This document shows, one piece after another, positions 10,356 through 20,644 of a stretch of DNA of 64,000 nucleotides. Within the stretch, counting starts at the first letter, position 1; each line of letters opens with the position of its first letter. The stretch covers positions 4,000,001-4,064,000 of the forward strand of contig CP166615.1 of the NCBI GenBank assembly GCA_041937175.2. The letters run 5' to 3'. The notes below the pieces were generated by a model. That model made no database searches. It had not been told where the DNA came from and worked only from the letters and a program-made list of their open reading frames with translations. The position numbers and the translations under genes were made by a program. The stretch comes from Limnothrix sp. BL-A-16. GTDB taxonomy: Bacteria; Cyanobacteriota; Cyanobacteriia; CACIAM-69d.

Positions 10356-11042
10356 TTAAGGCTTAAATTGTCGATCGAACGTGGCCCGGTCGATCGGTTG
10401 TGGCACTTCCAAACCCTCGCCCCCCAACACCGTCAAGGGTTGGCCTTCCACCAAAATCCAAACCTTTGCAGCGGGATTCAACGTGCTGGCCGTGTAAACA
10501 ATTTGGCCTAACCGTCCCATCATCGATGCACTGCCGCCACCGCTGGTGAATTCCGACGACAGGTTCACCCGCACCCCTTCCGGCGCGATCATCACGTCCA
10601 GCAGCTTGGTGTTGGTGGGAATGGCGCTGCTTAAGTTGTTGTCGGTGGGTTGCCCGGCCAAAACTTGCTCGATCGCCCCGCGCAGTACCTCATCTGGCTC
10701 ACTGCTGGCCACAGTTTTGGCCGGCTGACCCGCCATCACAAAATGGGTTCCCGTGTCCTTCAGCCAATAGACCTGGGACTGCTCAGCGATCGGAGCGGTG
10801 GCCGCAGGGGCAGGAGTCGCCTTGGGCGATTGGGGCACGGCGCTGGGCGGCGGCGTGGGTGCAACGCTGGCCGCCACCGAAGGGCTGGGGCTGGGAATTG
10901 TCGTTGCGGCGGAAGGGCTGGGGGTTGGGGTGGGGGCTGTGGAAGCATTCCACCAGGCAACGCCGGCCCCCACTGCCACGGCCGTTGAACCAACGGCGGC
11001 CACAAGACTGATGGGTAGATTGCGACGGGGACGATCGGACAT
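10356..11042 (-). CDS. GerMN domain membrane-anchored protein
   Basis: N-terminal TM, Pro-rich linker, SAIP..TKLL...VNLSSEFTSGGGSASM...QIVYT. Confidence 0.85.
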   Translation of the reverse strand: MSDRPRRNLPISLVAAVGSTAVAVGAGVAWWNASTAPTPTPSPSAATTIPSPSPSVAASVAPTPPPSAVPQSPKATPAPAATAPIAEQSQVYWLKDTGTHFVMAGQPAKTVASSEPDEVLRGAIEQVLAGQPTDNNLSSAIPTNTKLLDVMIAPEGVRVNLSSEFTSGGGSASMMGRLGQIVYTASTLNPAAKVWILVEGQPLTVLGGEGLEVPQPIDRATFDRQFKP

Positions 11043-11365
11043 GGTGACAAAACCTCCTGAGGCGGTGCAAACGCAAGGCCCATAGCCAGCCTGGAACCGC
11101 ACTGGGCATGGCCCAACCAACTGAAACTGTGACCGAAACTGTGACCGCAACGGTGGCTGAGGCAGTACCGGAAACCGTTAGCGAAATGGTTCTTGAACTC
11201 TTGTTCTGGGTGGGGGGATGGAAACCCGGATCATTCGAGGGTGGCGATTTGGGGGCAACTTGGGGGCGACTTAGGGATCGATCATCGGGTTCAACAATGG
11301 GCGATCGGGCTGTTACGGCCATTCTAGGCCGCTCCTCAACAGTCGGTGTGAAGGCTCCCCGGGAA

Positions 11366-12352
11366 TTAGGCTCCTTGGGCCAGTTCCATCAGGGCCACTT
11401 CCCAGGCCAAGCGAGGTTGCACATAGCCCATCAGTTGCTTGCGGAGGGCTTCCAATCGACGCAGGTCCCGATCTCGCTGGGGCCAAGGCTGATCGCCCTG
11501 TTGCCACCAGGTTTGTTGCAGATAGTTCACCAGCCACAGTTGCTGCTCCAGGTCGATCGCCTTATCGAGCTGCCGGGCCAAATCCAGGGCCGCAAAGGCG
11601 GACTGGGGCGGTTGGCGCAGGGCCATCAGCAAGTCCTGTGGCAGGGTTTGCAACCGTTGCCAATGGGCGATCGCCTGGCCAGGACAGCCCTGGGCCAAGG
11701 CCAACACTTCGGGAGCGTCGCGCAAGTCGCCATGGCCCGCCCGATCGAGCACTTGGATCAACTCCGAGGGAGCCAACCGGCGAAAGGAAACCCGCGCGCA
11801 ACGGGAAACCAAGGTGGGCAAAATCGCCTCGGGGCCAGGAGCCAACAGAATGATGGTGGCGCGGCCCGGTTCTTCGAGGGTTTTTAAAAGGGCATTGGCG
11901 GCCCCTTCGGCCATGGTTTGGGCCGCTTCAATCACCACGAATGATCGGGGCGCTTCCATGGGTGGCCGGCCGAGGCTGGTGGCCAATTGGCGAATTTGTT
12001 CTAGGCGCACCTGGGGTGGTGTTTTCTTTTCCAGACCGCTGGCTTGGGCTTGGCTGATGGAAATTAGTTGTCCCCGATCGAGGTAGGTTGGCTCCAGCCA
12101 AATCAGATCGGGGTGCATTCGCTCGCGCACCCGTCGTCCCAAACTGGCCGCCAACTCCGGGCGATCGGGCGGACAAAGAATCCATTGGCCAAAACATTCC
12201 GCCGCCAACTTGCGCCCCACCCCATCGGGCCCCGCAAACATATAGGCCGGCGCAATTCGATCGCGGGCGATCGCCATCGTCAAAAAATCAATGACCGAAT
12301 CTTGACCCACTAGGGGCCCAAACCCAGCCCGAATCGTCGCTGGCTCCAGCAT
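11366..12352 (-). CDS. holB: DNA polymerase III subunit delta'
   Basis: YMFAGPDGVGR, HPDL, AANALLKTLEEP, LPTLVSRC. Confidence 0.93.
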   Translation of the reverse strand: MLEPATIRAGFGPLVGQDSVIDFLTMAIARDRIAPAYMFAGPDGVGRKLAAECFGQWILCPPDRPELAASLGRRVRERMHPDLIWLEPTYLDRGQLISISQAQASGLEKKTPPQVRLEQIRQLATSLGRPPMEAPRSFVVIEAAQTMAEGAANALLKTLEEPGRATIILLAPGPEAILPTLVSRCARVSFRRLAPSELIQVLDRAGHGDLRDAPEVLALAQGCPGQAIAHWQRLQTLPQDLLMALRQPPQSAFAALDLARQLDKAIDLEQQLWLVNYLQQTWWQQGDQPWPQRDRDLRRLEALRKQLMGYVQPRLAWEVALMELAQGA

Positions 12353-12448
12353 CTAACCGGCCTCCATCCCCATGGCCCCCTTGTTTCCGTCCTGTGATCT
12401 CGGCCGCAATGACCTGCATGAACGACCTGCATTCCCCCGGCTGTTCGA

Positions 12449-13201
12449 TTAGAACGCGGGCTGCACCGGAACCGGCCACCAACAGGCCAAGCGCTCGGTC
12501 AACACCGCTTGGGTTTGGGCAAAGGTGGCGGCCAGGTCTCCATCGGCGGCGATCCGCACCACTCGATCGGGATCCTGGGTGGCCAAGGCTCCAAACCCCG
12601 ATCGCACCCGTTCATGGAATTCGATCGCGCTGCGTTCTAGGCGATCGGCCGGGCCCCGCCGCGCCGCCCGCCGGGCCAAGCAACAGTCGATCGAGGCATC
12701 AAACCACAGGGTTAAGTCACTGGTTAAACCCGCCGTGGCAATGCGGTTCAGGGTTTCAATCAGAATTAAATCCTGTTGGCGGCCAAAGCCTTGATAGGCC
12801 ACGGTGGAATCCACAAATCGATCGCTCACCACCAAGGCCCCGGCGGCCAAGGCTGGTTGCAGCACCTGCGCCACATGCTGGGCCCGATCGGCCGCATAAA
12901 GCAGTAGCTCGGTGCGATCGGCTACCTCCCAATCGCCCGAGAGGAGCAAGTGGCGAATCTGCTGGCCCAAGGCCGTGCCTCCCGGCTCCCGTGTCACCAC
13001 CAAGGGGCGATCGCCCAAAATGCCGCTGGCCTTGAGCCAATCCACCGCCCGCTCCAGTTGGGTGGTTTTGCCTGCGCCGTCAATTCCTTCAAAGGTGACC
13101 AACCGGCCCGGATTTGTCGTAACTGTCGGTGATAAATCCAGTGGTGACAGACCCGATCGCGGCATGGTGTCCAATCCCATAACAACTGTTTCCGTCCCCA
13201 T
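12449..13201 (-). CDS. tmk: Thymidylate kinase
   Basis: FEGIDGAGKTTQ, TREPGGT, DRFVDSTVAYQG; start uncertain (13201, 13165 or nearby). Confidence 0.92.
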   Translation of the reverse strand: MGTETVVMGLDTMPRSGLSPLDLSPTVTTNPGRLVTFEGIDGAGKTTQLERAVDWLKASGILGDRPLVVTREPGGTALGQQIRHLLLSGDWEVADRTELLLYAADRAQHVAQVLQPALAAGALVVSDRFVDSTVAYQGFGRQQDLILIETLNRIATAGLTSDLTLWFDASIDCCLARRAARRGPADRLERSAIEFHERVRSGFGALATQDPDRVVRIAADGDLAATFAQTQAVLTERLACWWPVPVQPAF

Positions 13202-13353
13202 CGCCAGCTTTCCCAAGCAAAACCCTTGGGATCTGGTTCTGTTTTGCTCACGATCCCTTGGTTCCGGGCCCCAAGTCCACAGTCGAGAGCAAAAGCGCTT
13301 GGGTATTATAGGGTTGGACGCGGTTCTACGCAGTTTCACGCAATCGAATCTTC

Positions 13354-13701
13354 ATGGCTCGTTATACCTGTCTATTCTCCTTCTCACAGCCGTCAGATCA
13401 ACTGCTTGGCCAGCTTGAACCCTCGCTGACCGATTGCGGTCTCAACGTCGTCCACAAAACCGTTGATTATCTCCTTGCGCGTGAACGACCGGGCAAAGTG
13501 TCCTATTACCGTTTGGTGACGGTGGAATTGGTGATCGATCGCGCCGACGAAGTTCGCAATCGCGCTCGCTTAAACCTGATTGTCAAGAATGAAGAGCTGG
13601 CCCTTCAGCAAAATAATCATTGTCGGCAAATGTCCGAGCAAATTGGCCAAACCTTGCAGGACAGCGGCTTGCTGGAACTGCTCAGTAGTGTCACGGGCTA
13701 G
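13354..13701 (+). CDS. Conserved cyanobacterial hypothetical protein
   Basis: ATG start, natural composition, MARYTC...YLLARE...LVTVELVID...KNEEL...NNHC. Confidence 0.7.
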   Translation: MARYTCLFSFSQPSDQLLGQLEPSLTDCGLNVVHKTVDYLLARERPGKVSYYRLVTVELVIDRADEVRNRARLNLIVKNEELALQQNNHCRQMSEQIGQTLQDSGLLELLSSVTG

Positions 13702-13722
13702 GCAATTCAGGCGATCGCGCCG

Positions 13723-16700
13723 TCAAGGCGTGAGGGTTGGCGGTTGCGCCAAATCGGCAATTTGTTCTAGTTGGAAATTGTCGAGCAAGTCCTCGATCGC
13801 CTGGCACAAATCGTGATGGCCCGGTGGTAACTCCGTGAGCAGCACCCGCACCTGATCTTCATCGGCACTGCGGGCGGCTAAGTCCAACGCCAAGCGCCAC
13901 TCGATCGGCAGTTCCGCAAACCGATCGCGCAGGTTCAGGCTGGGTTGGCCATCGAGCACTGAATGGGGAGCCATGGGCACGGCGATCGGGCAGATGGGGC
14001 CCTGGGGAGCCAGCAGGCCGCGAATCAGATCCAACAGCAGAGGACAAAGCGGGGGCGAATTGGGCAGCAAGGTGCAGTCCAGCTCTTGCAAACAATGGTG
14101 ATCTTGGGGACTGGGGGCAATGGCCACAATCGCACAGGGACGATTCACCAGGTTCTTGCGCTCGATCGCCCGGATGCGGCGAATGGTGGCCAGCCCTTCC
14201 CCGTCCGGCAGCCGCAGATCCACCCACAGCAGTCGCGGTTGCCAGGAAGTCCATTGGCGCAAGGCATCCCACCCGTGACGAACACATTGGCTTTCCAAGC
14301 CCACCTGTTTCAGATAGTTCACATAGGCCTGGCCCCGATCGAGCAGAGGATCCACAATTAACAAGCGTCCAATCCAGGGTTCGGGCGGCGCGGACTCCAG
14401 CAGGGCCAGGGGCTTGCGGGCCGGTGGCTCCGGATGCGCCAACAGGCCATCCAGGCGGGGCAAGGGCACTTGCAGCCGAAAAATGGTCAGGATGCCCGGG
14501 CGACTTTCCGCCACCAAAGAACCCCCCATCAGCAGGGCCAACCGCTGCCCGATCGCCAAGCCCAAGCCCGTGCCCTGGCGCAGACGACGGCCGGCCTTGG
14601 CCTGCACAAAGGGTTCAAAGATGTCAGTCATTTCCTCGGGGTGAATGCCTTCTCCGGTGTTGCTAATTTCAAAAACAAGCAGGTCACCTTCGCCTAAATC
14701 AACGGCGAGAGTGACTTGGCCGGGCATCCCAACGAATTTGAAGGCGTTATCGAGCAAGTTGGTTAAAATTTGCCGCAGCCGCCGGCCATCACCCTTCACC
14801 CAATGGGGAACCGTGCCCGCTACGGCCATTTGGAAATGAACACGGGCACTGCGCGATCGCATCTCAAAAATTTCATGCAAATCGCTTAATAGGGCCAGCA
14901 GATCAAAATCGATCGGCTCCAGTTCCAGATGATCCGTTTCCACCCGGGCGATCGAGAGCAAATCATCAATCAGTTGCAGCAGGTAAGAACCATTGCGGGC
15001 GATCGCGTCCAGATGTTCCAGGGCCGGATCCCTGGGGGGGGAAATCAGGCCCAAAACGCGCGATCGCAGCAGTTGCCCAAATCCCAAAATGGCGTGGAGT
15101 GGCGTGCGCAACTCATGGGTCACATTGGCCAAAAAGACTGTCTTGGCACGGTTGGCCTGTTCCGCTGCGTCCCGGGCCGCCGCCAAATGGTGATTCGCCA
15201 CCGCCAAGGCCGCCGTTCGTTCCGAAACCTGCCGTTCCAGGTTTTGGTTGTAGCTCACCAATAATTCCTCAGTCACCTTGCGATCGGTGATGTCTTGCAA
15301 CACCACGATCGCCCCAGTCACGGCCTGCTCACTGTCAAACAGCGGCACGGCCAACACCTCCAAGGGCAGGCGGCGGCCGTGGGTTTGCTGCACATCCAGC
15401 CGCGTGGGTGCAACGGTTTTTCCTTCCAGGGCCAGGATCTCCGGTAACTGTTGCGTGGGAAATTGCGTCTCGCTGCCGGCCAAGAACAGGCGGTGATGCA
15501 AGGTTTCGCAGGTACGCCCCAACGGTTGCAGCCCGATCGGCAGTTGCAAGAGGCCCCCCGCCACGGAATTAACGTACTGCAAGGAACCGTCTTGGCTCAA
15601 AACCAACACCCCCATCGGCAGCGACTCCAGCACTTGGGTTAAGTGACTTTTGCTGTCCTGGAGGGCGCTGAAGGACAAACGCAGGGTGGCCGACATGGCG
15701 TTGAAGGTTTGGGCCAAGGCATCAAATTCGCGCACCCCCGTGTTGCTGTCTACGGGTTGAAACTGGATGCGGGCAGCGGCGCGGGTGGCCTGGTTCAGTT
15801 GCTCCAGAGGGCGCAAAACCTGCTGCACCGTCCACCATCCAATCCCCATGGCCAACAGCAGCGCCGTGCCGGCCAACAGCAACATAATTTCGGCGGTTTC
15901 TTGCACATCGCTCAGAAAGGCCGATTCGGGAACCAACACCGCAATCCACCAATCGGGGGTCGTGGGATGGTTGCAGCGCTTGAGGTGAAGTAGGTAGCGC
16001 TTGCCGTGGAATTGGTAGAGCTGGCTGGTGCGATCGGGCAGATAGCGAAATCCTCCGAATCGATCGAGCAGGTAGTAGCCCACGCTTTGGATGGACCGAT
16101 CGGGGAAGCTCTGCAAGGACAAGGGGTGCAGTTGGTTCAGTTCGCCCCGCTGTTCCACCCGATAGGGCAACTGATCGCTGGAGGTGGCCACCACCGTCCC
16201 CTCATCGGTGAACACAAAGACCTGACCCTGAGGCGGTAGGGGAATCGATCGCAGCAGTTGCCCCACGGTCAGCAGGTTTAAGTTGGCGCTAAACACCCCC
16301 AACAATCGGCCGGAGCGATCGTCATACAGCGGCCAGGCATGGTGCATCACCCAATCGGCGCTCCATTGCCAGTTGCGGTTTTGTTGGCGCTGATCCAAAC
16401 TGCTCCAGGTGGGCTGGCCAACCCCCACCGCCGCATTAAACCAAGCCTGGGATTGGGGTTCGCTGGTCCAATAGAGCCGAGGGCGACCGGCTGGATATCC
16501 CCGATCGCTCACAGACCATTGCCAGATACTTTGGCTATTGCCTTGGCCGTTGGCAAAGCGCCGCCACCCTCCTAACCGCGACACCCCGCGCAAATTGCCC
16601 TCGGGATCGCTGTAAACCAACTGGCCCAAGTCGGGAAACTCCCGCAACCGTCGCCACAGGTATTGTTCGATCGCCCGCCAATCTCCTTGGGGCCATTGCC

Positions 16701-16998
16701 CTGTTAGGAAATCATTCGTTTGCAGTTGGGCAACGGTGTTGTAGGTACGAAAGAGGTTTGTGAGCTGTAAATGGGCCTGCTGGCTGCTCATTTGCAGCAG
16801 TTGCTTGGTGTTTTCGGTGGCAACGGTGCGATTGCTGCGCAGGGCTAAGTAGGCGATCGCCCCCACCACCAGCACCAATTGGATCACAAACGGCACAATG
16901 ATCAGCCACCGCAGAGAAACCGCCCAACCGCCGCCCGCCGAAGGAGCGGTGGTCTGCGATCGAACCGGGGGTGGCGACTCTGGGGCGGATGGTTTCAA
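13723..16998 (-). CDS. Hybrid sensor histidine kinase (Cache, HAMP, PAS, HisKA, HATPase, degenerate receiver)
   Basis: Two TMs, FLANVTHELRTPL H-box, QILTNLLDNAFKF, GTGLGL, receiver-like VDLRLP; start uncertain. Confidence 0.88.
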   Translation of the reverse strand: MKPSAPESPPPVRSQTTAPSAGGGWAVSLRWLIIVPFVIQLVLVVGAIAYLALRSNRTVATENTKQLLQMSSQQAHLQLTNLFRTYNTVAQLQTNDFLTGQWPQGDWRAIEQYLWRRLREFPDLGQLVYSDPEGNLRGVSRLGGWRRFANGQGNSQSIWQWSVSDRGYPAGRPRLYWTSEPQSQAWFNAAVGVGQPTWSSLDQRQQNRNWQWSADWVMHHAWPLYDDRSGRLLGVFSANLNLLTVGQLLRSIPLPPQGQVFVFTDEGTVVATSSDQLPYRVEQRGELNQLHPLSLQSFPDRSIQSVGYYLLDRFGGFRYLPDRTSQLYQFHGKRYLLHLKRCNHPTTPDWWIAVLVPESAFLSDVQETAEIMLLLAGTALLLAMGIGWWTVQQVLRPLEQLNQATRAAARIQFQPVDSNTGVREFDALAQTFNAMSATLRLSFSALQDSKSHLTQVLESLPMGVLVLSQDGSLQYVNSVAGGLLQLPIGLQPLGRTCETLHHRLFLAGSETQFPTQQLPEILALEGKTVAPTRLDVQQTHGRRLPLEVLAVPLFDSEQAVTGAIVVLQDITDRKVTEELLVSYNQNLERQVSERTAALAVANHHLAAARDAAEQANRAKTVFLANVTHELRTPLHAILGFGQLLRSRVLGLISPPRDPALEHLDAIARNGSYLLQLIDDLLSIARVETDHLELEPIDFDLLALLSDLHEIFEMRSRSARVHFQMAVAGTVPHWVKGDGRRLRQILTNLLDNAFKFVGMPGQVTLAVDLGEGDLLVFEISNTGEGIHPEEMTDIFEPFVQAKAGRRLRQGTGLGLAIGQRLALLMGGSLVAESRPGILTIFRLQVPLPRLDGLLAHPEPPARKPLALLESAPPEPWIGRLLIVDPLLDRGQAYVNYLKQVGLESQCVRHGWDALRQWTSWQPRLLWVDLRLPDGEGLATIRRIRAIERKNLVNRPCAIVAIAPSPQDHHCLQELDCTLLPNSPPLCPLLLDLIRGLLAPQGPICPIAVPMAPHSVLDGQPSLNLRDRFAELPIEWRLALDLAARSADEDQVRVLLTELPPGHHDLCQAIEDLLDNFQLEQIADLAQPPTLTP

Positions 16999-17104
16999 GC
17001 GTGCTCTCCTCTAGGGCCGAGGCGCAAGCAAGGGGCTAATCAACAGCTAATCAACAATTGAGGCCGAAATTGGAGCCAAGGCGATTGACCGATCGCACCC
17101 AAAC

Positions 17105-18118
17105 TCAAGCATCGGAGCCTAAACATTCGCCGGGTTGAAGGTGCAGGCCGTTGGCAAAGTCCCAGCCGGGTTGCGGCCGTTTGCCCGCAGGCACCACTTG
17201 GCGCAACAGTAGATAATCTTGCCCAGTGCGCACCACGGGGCCCCATCCCTTCAGGATGCCAACGATCGTTCCGGGTGGCCCCGCGATCGCCTGCCACTGG
17301 GTCTGTAAATTCTCCCATTGGGCGGCAAGGGAACCAAAACTCTCGGGTAATTGAGACCAAAACGTTGAACCCAAAGGGGCCGTTTCCAACAGCTTCAGGC
17401 CGTTGCCGCGCAACTGGCTGTGGCCGTTGGGGATCATGGCCCGCACTTGGTTATGGATTGCCAAGGCCGAGTGTGACCAGTCGATCGCCCATTCTTCTTT
17501 TTTGATTGGGGGGGCGTGGGTGGCTTCGGCCGGTTGGGATTGGGGCTGAAGCGACCCATCGGCCAAGCCCCGTAAGGTGGGGGGCAACAGATCCGCCGCG
17601 ATCTCCGCCAGCCGTTCCGCCAAGCTTTGGGCGTTGTCCAGGAGGTCGATCGGGGTGTCGCCCCGCAGCAACATGGGGCCCGTGTCCATCCCTTCATCCA
17701 TCAGCATGGTGACAATGCCCGTGAGGCGATCGCCCGCTTGCAAACAGCGCTGAATCGGGGCCGCGCCGCGATAGGCCGGCAGGATGGAGCCATGGCCATT
17801 GATGCAACCCAACCGGGGCATGGCCAACATTTCTGCCGACAGCAGTTGCCCATAGGCCACCACCACAAAGGCATCGGCTTGGGTGGCACGCAGGCGATCG
17901 AGGGTTTCGGGATCTTTCTTGACCCGATCGGGCTGCCAAACCGGGATGCCCGCCGCCAGGGCCAGTTGCTTCACCGGGGAAGGAATCAGGTCGCTGCCCC
18001 GTCCTCGCCGTCGATCGGGTTGGGTGACCACGGCCAAGACCTCAAAATCTGGCTCGTTGATCAGGCGCTGCAAACTGGGAACCGCAAAGGCGGGAGTACC
18101 GAAAAAGACAAGCCGCAT
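17105..18118 (-). CDS. fmt: Methionyl-tRNA formyltransferase
   Basis: MRLVFFGTPAFA, TQPDR, INGHGSILPAYRGAAPIQ, MDEGMDTG. Confidence 0.96.
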   Translation of the reverse strand: MRLVFFGTPAFAVPSLQRLINEPDFEVLAVVTQPDRRRGRGSDLIPSPVKQLALAAGIPVWQPDRVKKDPETLDRLRATQADAFVVVAYGQLLSAEMLAMPRLGCINGHGSILPAYRGAAPIQRCLQAGDRLTGIVTMLMDEGMDTGPMLLRGDTPIDLLDNAQSLAERLAEIAADLLPPTLRGLADGSLQPQSQPAEATHAPPIKKEEWAIDWSHSALAIHNQVRAMIPNGHSQLRGNGLKLLETAPLGSTFWSQLPESFGSLAAQWENLQTQWQAIAGPPGTIVGILKGWGPVVRTGQDYLLLRQVVPAGKRPQPGWDFANGLHLQPGECLGSDA

Positions 18119-18199
18119 GGTGATAGGAAAAACAAAACGGTCGGAGGGGCGATCGATGCTGAACCCAACGCAAGCCAAACACCGTGACAAGCGGGCCGA

Positions 18200-19147
18200 T
18201 CAGGGGTTCATCAACGGTTCAATCACAATTTCGATTCGTCGATTGCGTTGCTGGCTGGCGGGATCCGGGTCGGGCGTGAGGGGCCGGCTGGCCCCGAAGC
18301 CGGCCGTAACCCAACGGTAGGGGCCCGTGAGCCGATCGGCCAGGTATTGACCCACGGCCTTGGCCCGGCGCAGGGTTAATTCTCGGTTGGCGGCCGGATC
18401 CCCGATCGCGTCACTGTGGCCGGCAATGCGCACGGTTGCGCCTGGGTAGTTTTGCAAGTCGGCGGCAATGGTGTCCAGAATGGCTCCGGCTGCCGGTTGC
18501 AGGTTGCTGTGATTGTCCTGAAACAACAAGTCCGTCGGCAGGGCGATGGTGAGGCGGCCGGCGGTTTGGGTGGGGGTGCTGCGGGTGGGGGATGGTGCGC
18601 TGCGGGGTGTGGATTCCGTGCTGTTCAGGGCTTGGGCGATCGCCTGCACCCGTTGCTCGATCGGCCCCGTGGGATTGCGATTGCCCAACTCCCCTTCAAT
18701 GGCCGTGGCCTCCCCAATCAGGGCATTCAGATCCGCTTCGAGGGCTTGCAGTTGGGTTTGCAGGGCCTTGCGTCGATCGGGGCTGAGGGTTGCGGCTGGA
18801 ACCGGCGACGCACTCAGGGTTGGACTGGGGCTGGGAATGGGGGCTGGGGGTAAGGCCAGCGGGCCGGGCGAGCGGGGCCAACGGGTTAACCATTGATCCA
18901 ACTGGCGCAGGGCCAATTCCAGCGGTGGGGTGCTGGTGATGGTTCCCGGAACCCAGCGAGCGGCAGCTACCCCGCCCAAAACCCCTGCAATCCCCAGTCC
19001 CAACAGCAGGGCCAGCCGCAACAGGGCAACAATCCAACCCCAAGGGCCCGGTCGGGGCGATCGAGCTGGAGGACGACCGGGCCGGCGCGATCGGTTCCGA
19101 TTGGGTTGGGGATCTGGGGTGGGCGGTAGTTCAAACGGCGATTGCAA
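18200..19147 (-). CDS. OmpA/MotB-like peptidoglycan-binding membrane protein
   Basis: N-terminal TM, coiled coil, GHSD...NRELTLRRAKAV...GFGASRP...NRRIEI. Confidence 0.85.
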   Translation of the reverse strand: MQSPFELPPTPDPQPNRNRSRRPGRPPARSPRPGPWGWIVALLRLALLLGLGIAGVLGGVAAARWVPGTITSTPPLELALRQLDQWLTRWPRSPGPLALPPAPIPSPSPTLSASPVPAATLSPDRRKALQTQLQALEADLNALIGEATAIEGELGNRNPTGPIEQRVQAIAQALNSTESTPRSAPSPTRSTPTQTAGRLTIALPTDLLFQDNHSNLQPAAGAILDTIAADLQNYPGATVRIAGHSDAIGDPAANRELTLRRAKAVGQYLADRLTGPYRWVTAGFGASRPLTPDPDPASQQRNRRIEIVIEPLMNP

Positions 19148-19230
19148 AACTCAAAACGTCCTATCTTGAGGTTGATCGGGACATAGACCAGACGGGACTG
19201 TTTCCATTCTAGGCTGGTTCTTTGCTGGGC

Positions 19231-20418
19231 CTAGCGCCCGAGCCTGTTTTCAATCCCTTCGCAGCCGCCGGGAATTGTGCCGCGTGTGCGTTCCCCGCCC
19301 CACATGCAGCAATAGACCCGATCGGCCTCGGATAGATCAACCACGCCGCTCAAGTCGGCATTTTCAATCACGGCTCCTGTGCCTTCGCCGGTTTGGTAGT
19401 TGGCTTCGTCGTCCTCGCGTGATCGGGGCGTGGCGGTTTCCAAATTGCCGTAAAACAGCCTGACTCCCTTCAAGTCGGCTCCCCGCAAATTGGCCTCAAA
19501 TAAAATAGTGCGGCTGAGGTTGGCCCGGGTTAAGTTACAACCGCTGAGGTCGGCTCGCACCAGGTTGGTTTCCCCCAGGTCAACCCACCGTAGATCCGTG
19601 CCTTGAAGATCAGCCCCCGCTAACATCACGCCCAGATCAATGACCCGCACGCCCCGGGCCCGATCTTCTTCATAACCGCCGGAACCGTCCAAGATTGGCC
19701 GACCCAGCAGCCGATCGCGCTTGAGGGGTGTAACCAGCTTGGCTTGGGACAAAAAGCGCACAATTTTGGACTTGCCCTCCGCATCCACACTGCCAAGAAT
19801 GGCGGCGGTGCGGCCTTCCGCGATCGCCCGTTCTTGGGGCCAATCTTCCAAAAAACCCTGCTCATCCAAGGCCAAGTCCGATACGCCTTGGAAATAGGCA
19901 TCGATAGTTTGCTGTTGGGTAATCCGGTTTTGCTGAATGGTTAGATCCCGCGAGAGTACATATTGCTGCCAGGCCACATAGACCGCCAACACGGCGATCG
20001 CAATTTGGCCTAAGGCTCCCAGGGCTTCGCTAATCGCTCCCACCGCATCCCAATTGATGCTGAGGCGGGTTCCCTGTTCCCCCTGCGATCGCTCCGTGCC
20101 CCACAACAGCAGCAATCCAAAGACCCCAATGATCGATCCCAAGGCTCCCGCGATCGGCACACGCCAGGAAACGGGGATCAGTTGATTCCAGAGCTGGCTG
20201 CGAAACGGTGTGAGCAACCATAGACCCGTGCCCAAGGATCCCAAGCCACCAATTAACCCCAGCCAGAGATTGCCGGAAATTAGCCCCAAGGCTAACAGGG
20301 CGATTGTGGTGGGGACAACCACCGTGGTCAGGGTGCGGGATAGGGGTGAGGCAATTCGATCGACCGGAATCGATCGACTACCCGCGCCACCCTCAGATTT
20401 TTCAACAGACAAGCTCAT
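19231..20418 (-). CDS. Membrane-anchored pentapeptide repeat protein
   Basis: TMs followed by ADLQG/TDLRW/ADLSG/ANLSR/ANLRG repeats. Confidence 0.85.
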   Translation of the reverse strand: MSLSVEKSEGGAGSRSIPVDRIASPLSRTLTTVVVPTTIALLALGLISGNLWLGLIGGLGSLGTGLWLLTPFRSQLWNQLIPVSWRVPIAGALGSIIGVFGLLLLWGTERSQGEQGTRLSINWDAVGAISEALGALGQIAIAVLAVYVAWQQYVLSRDLTIQQNRITQQQTIDAYFQGVSDLALDEQGFLEDWPQERAIAEGRTAAILGSVDAEGKSKIVRFLSQAKLVTPLKRDRLLGRPILDGSGGYEEDRARGVRVIDLGVMLAGADLQGTDLRWVDLGETNLVRADLSGCNLTRANLSRTILFEANLRGADLKGVRLFYGNLETATPRSREDDEANYQTGEGTGAVIENADLSGVVDLSEADRVYCCMWGGERTRGTIPGGCEGIENRLGR

Positions 20419-20644
20419 GCAACGGCTCCTTAACCGTTTTATTGAACTCTTCAATTCCCAGAATGCCAAGGGCCAATCATGGCCCCAAAACTTCTTTAAA
20501 ACGGTAGCAATTGATTTTGACGCAAGCTACAGTTCCCTGAGAGACTAGACCATTAACGCCAGCCACGAGCTTGTAGCGCTGCCGCCCGGCAACCTTGGCA
20601 ACGCCTGATCTGGCAGTCATCCCTAATGTGAACTTCCGAGAAAC

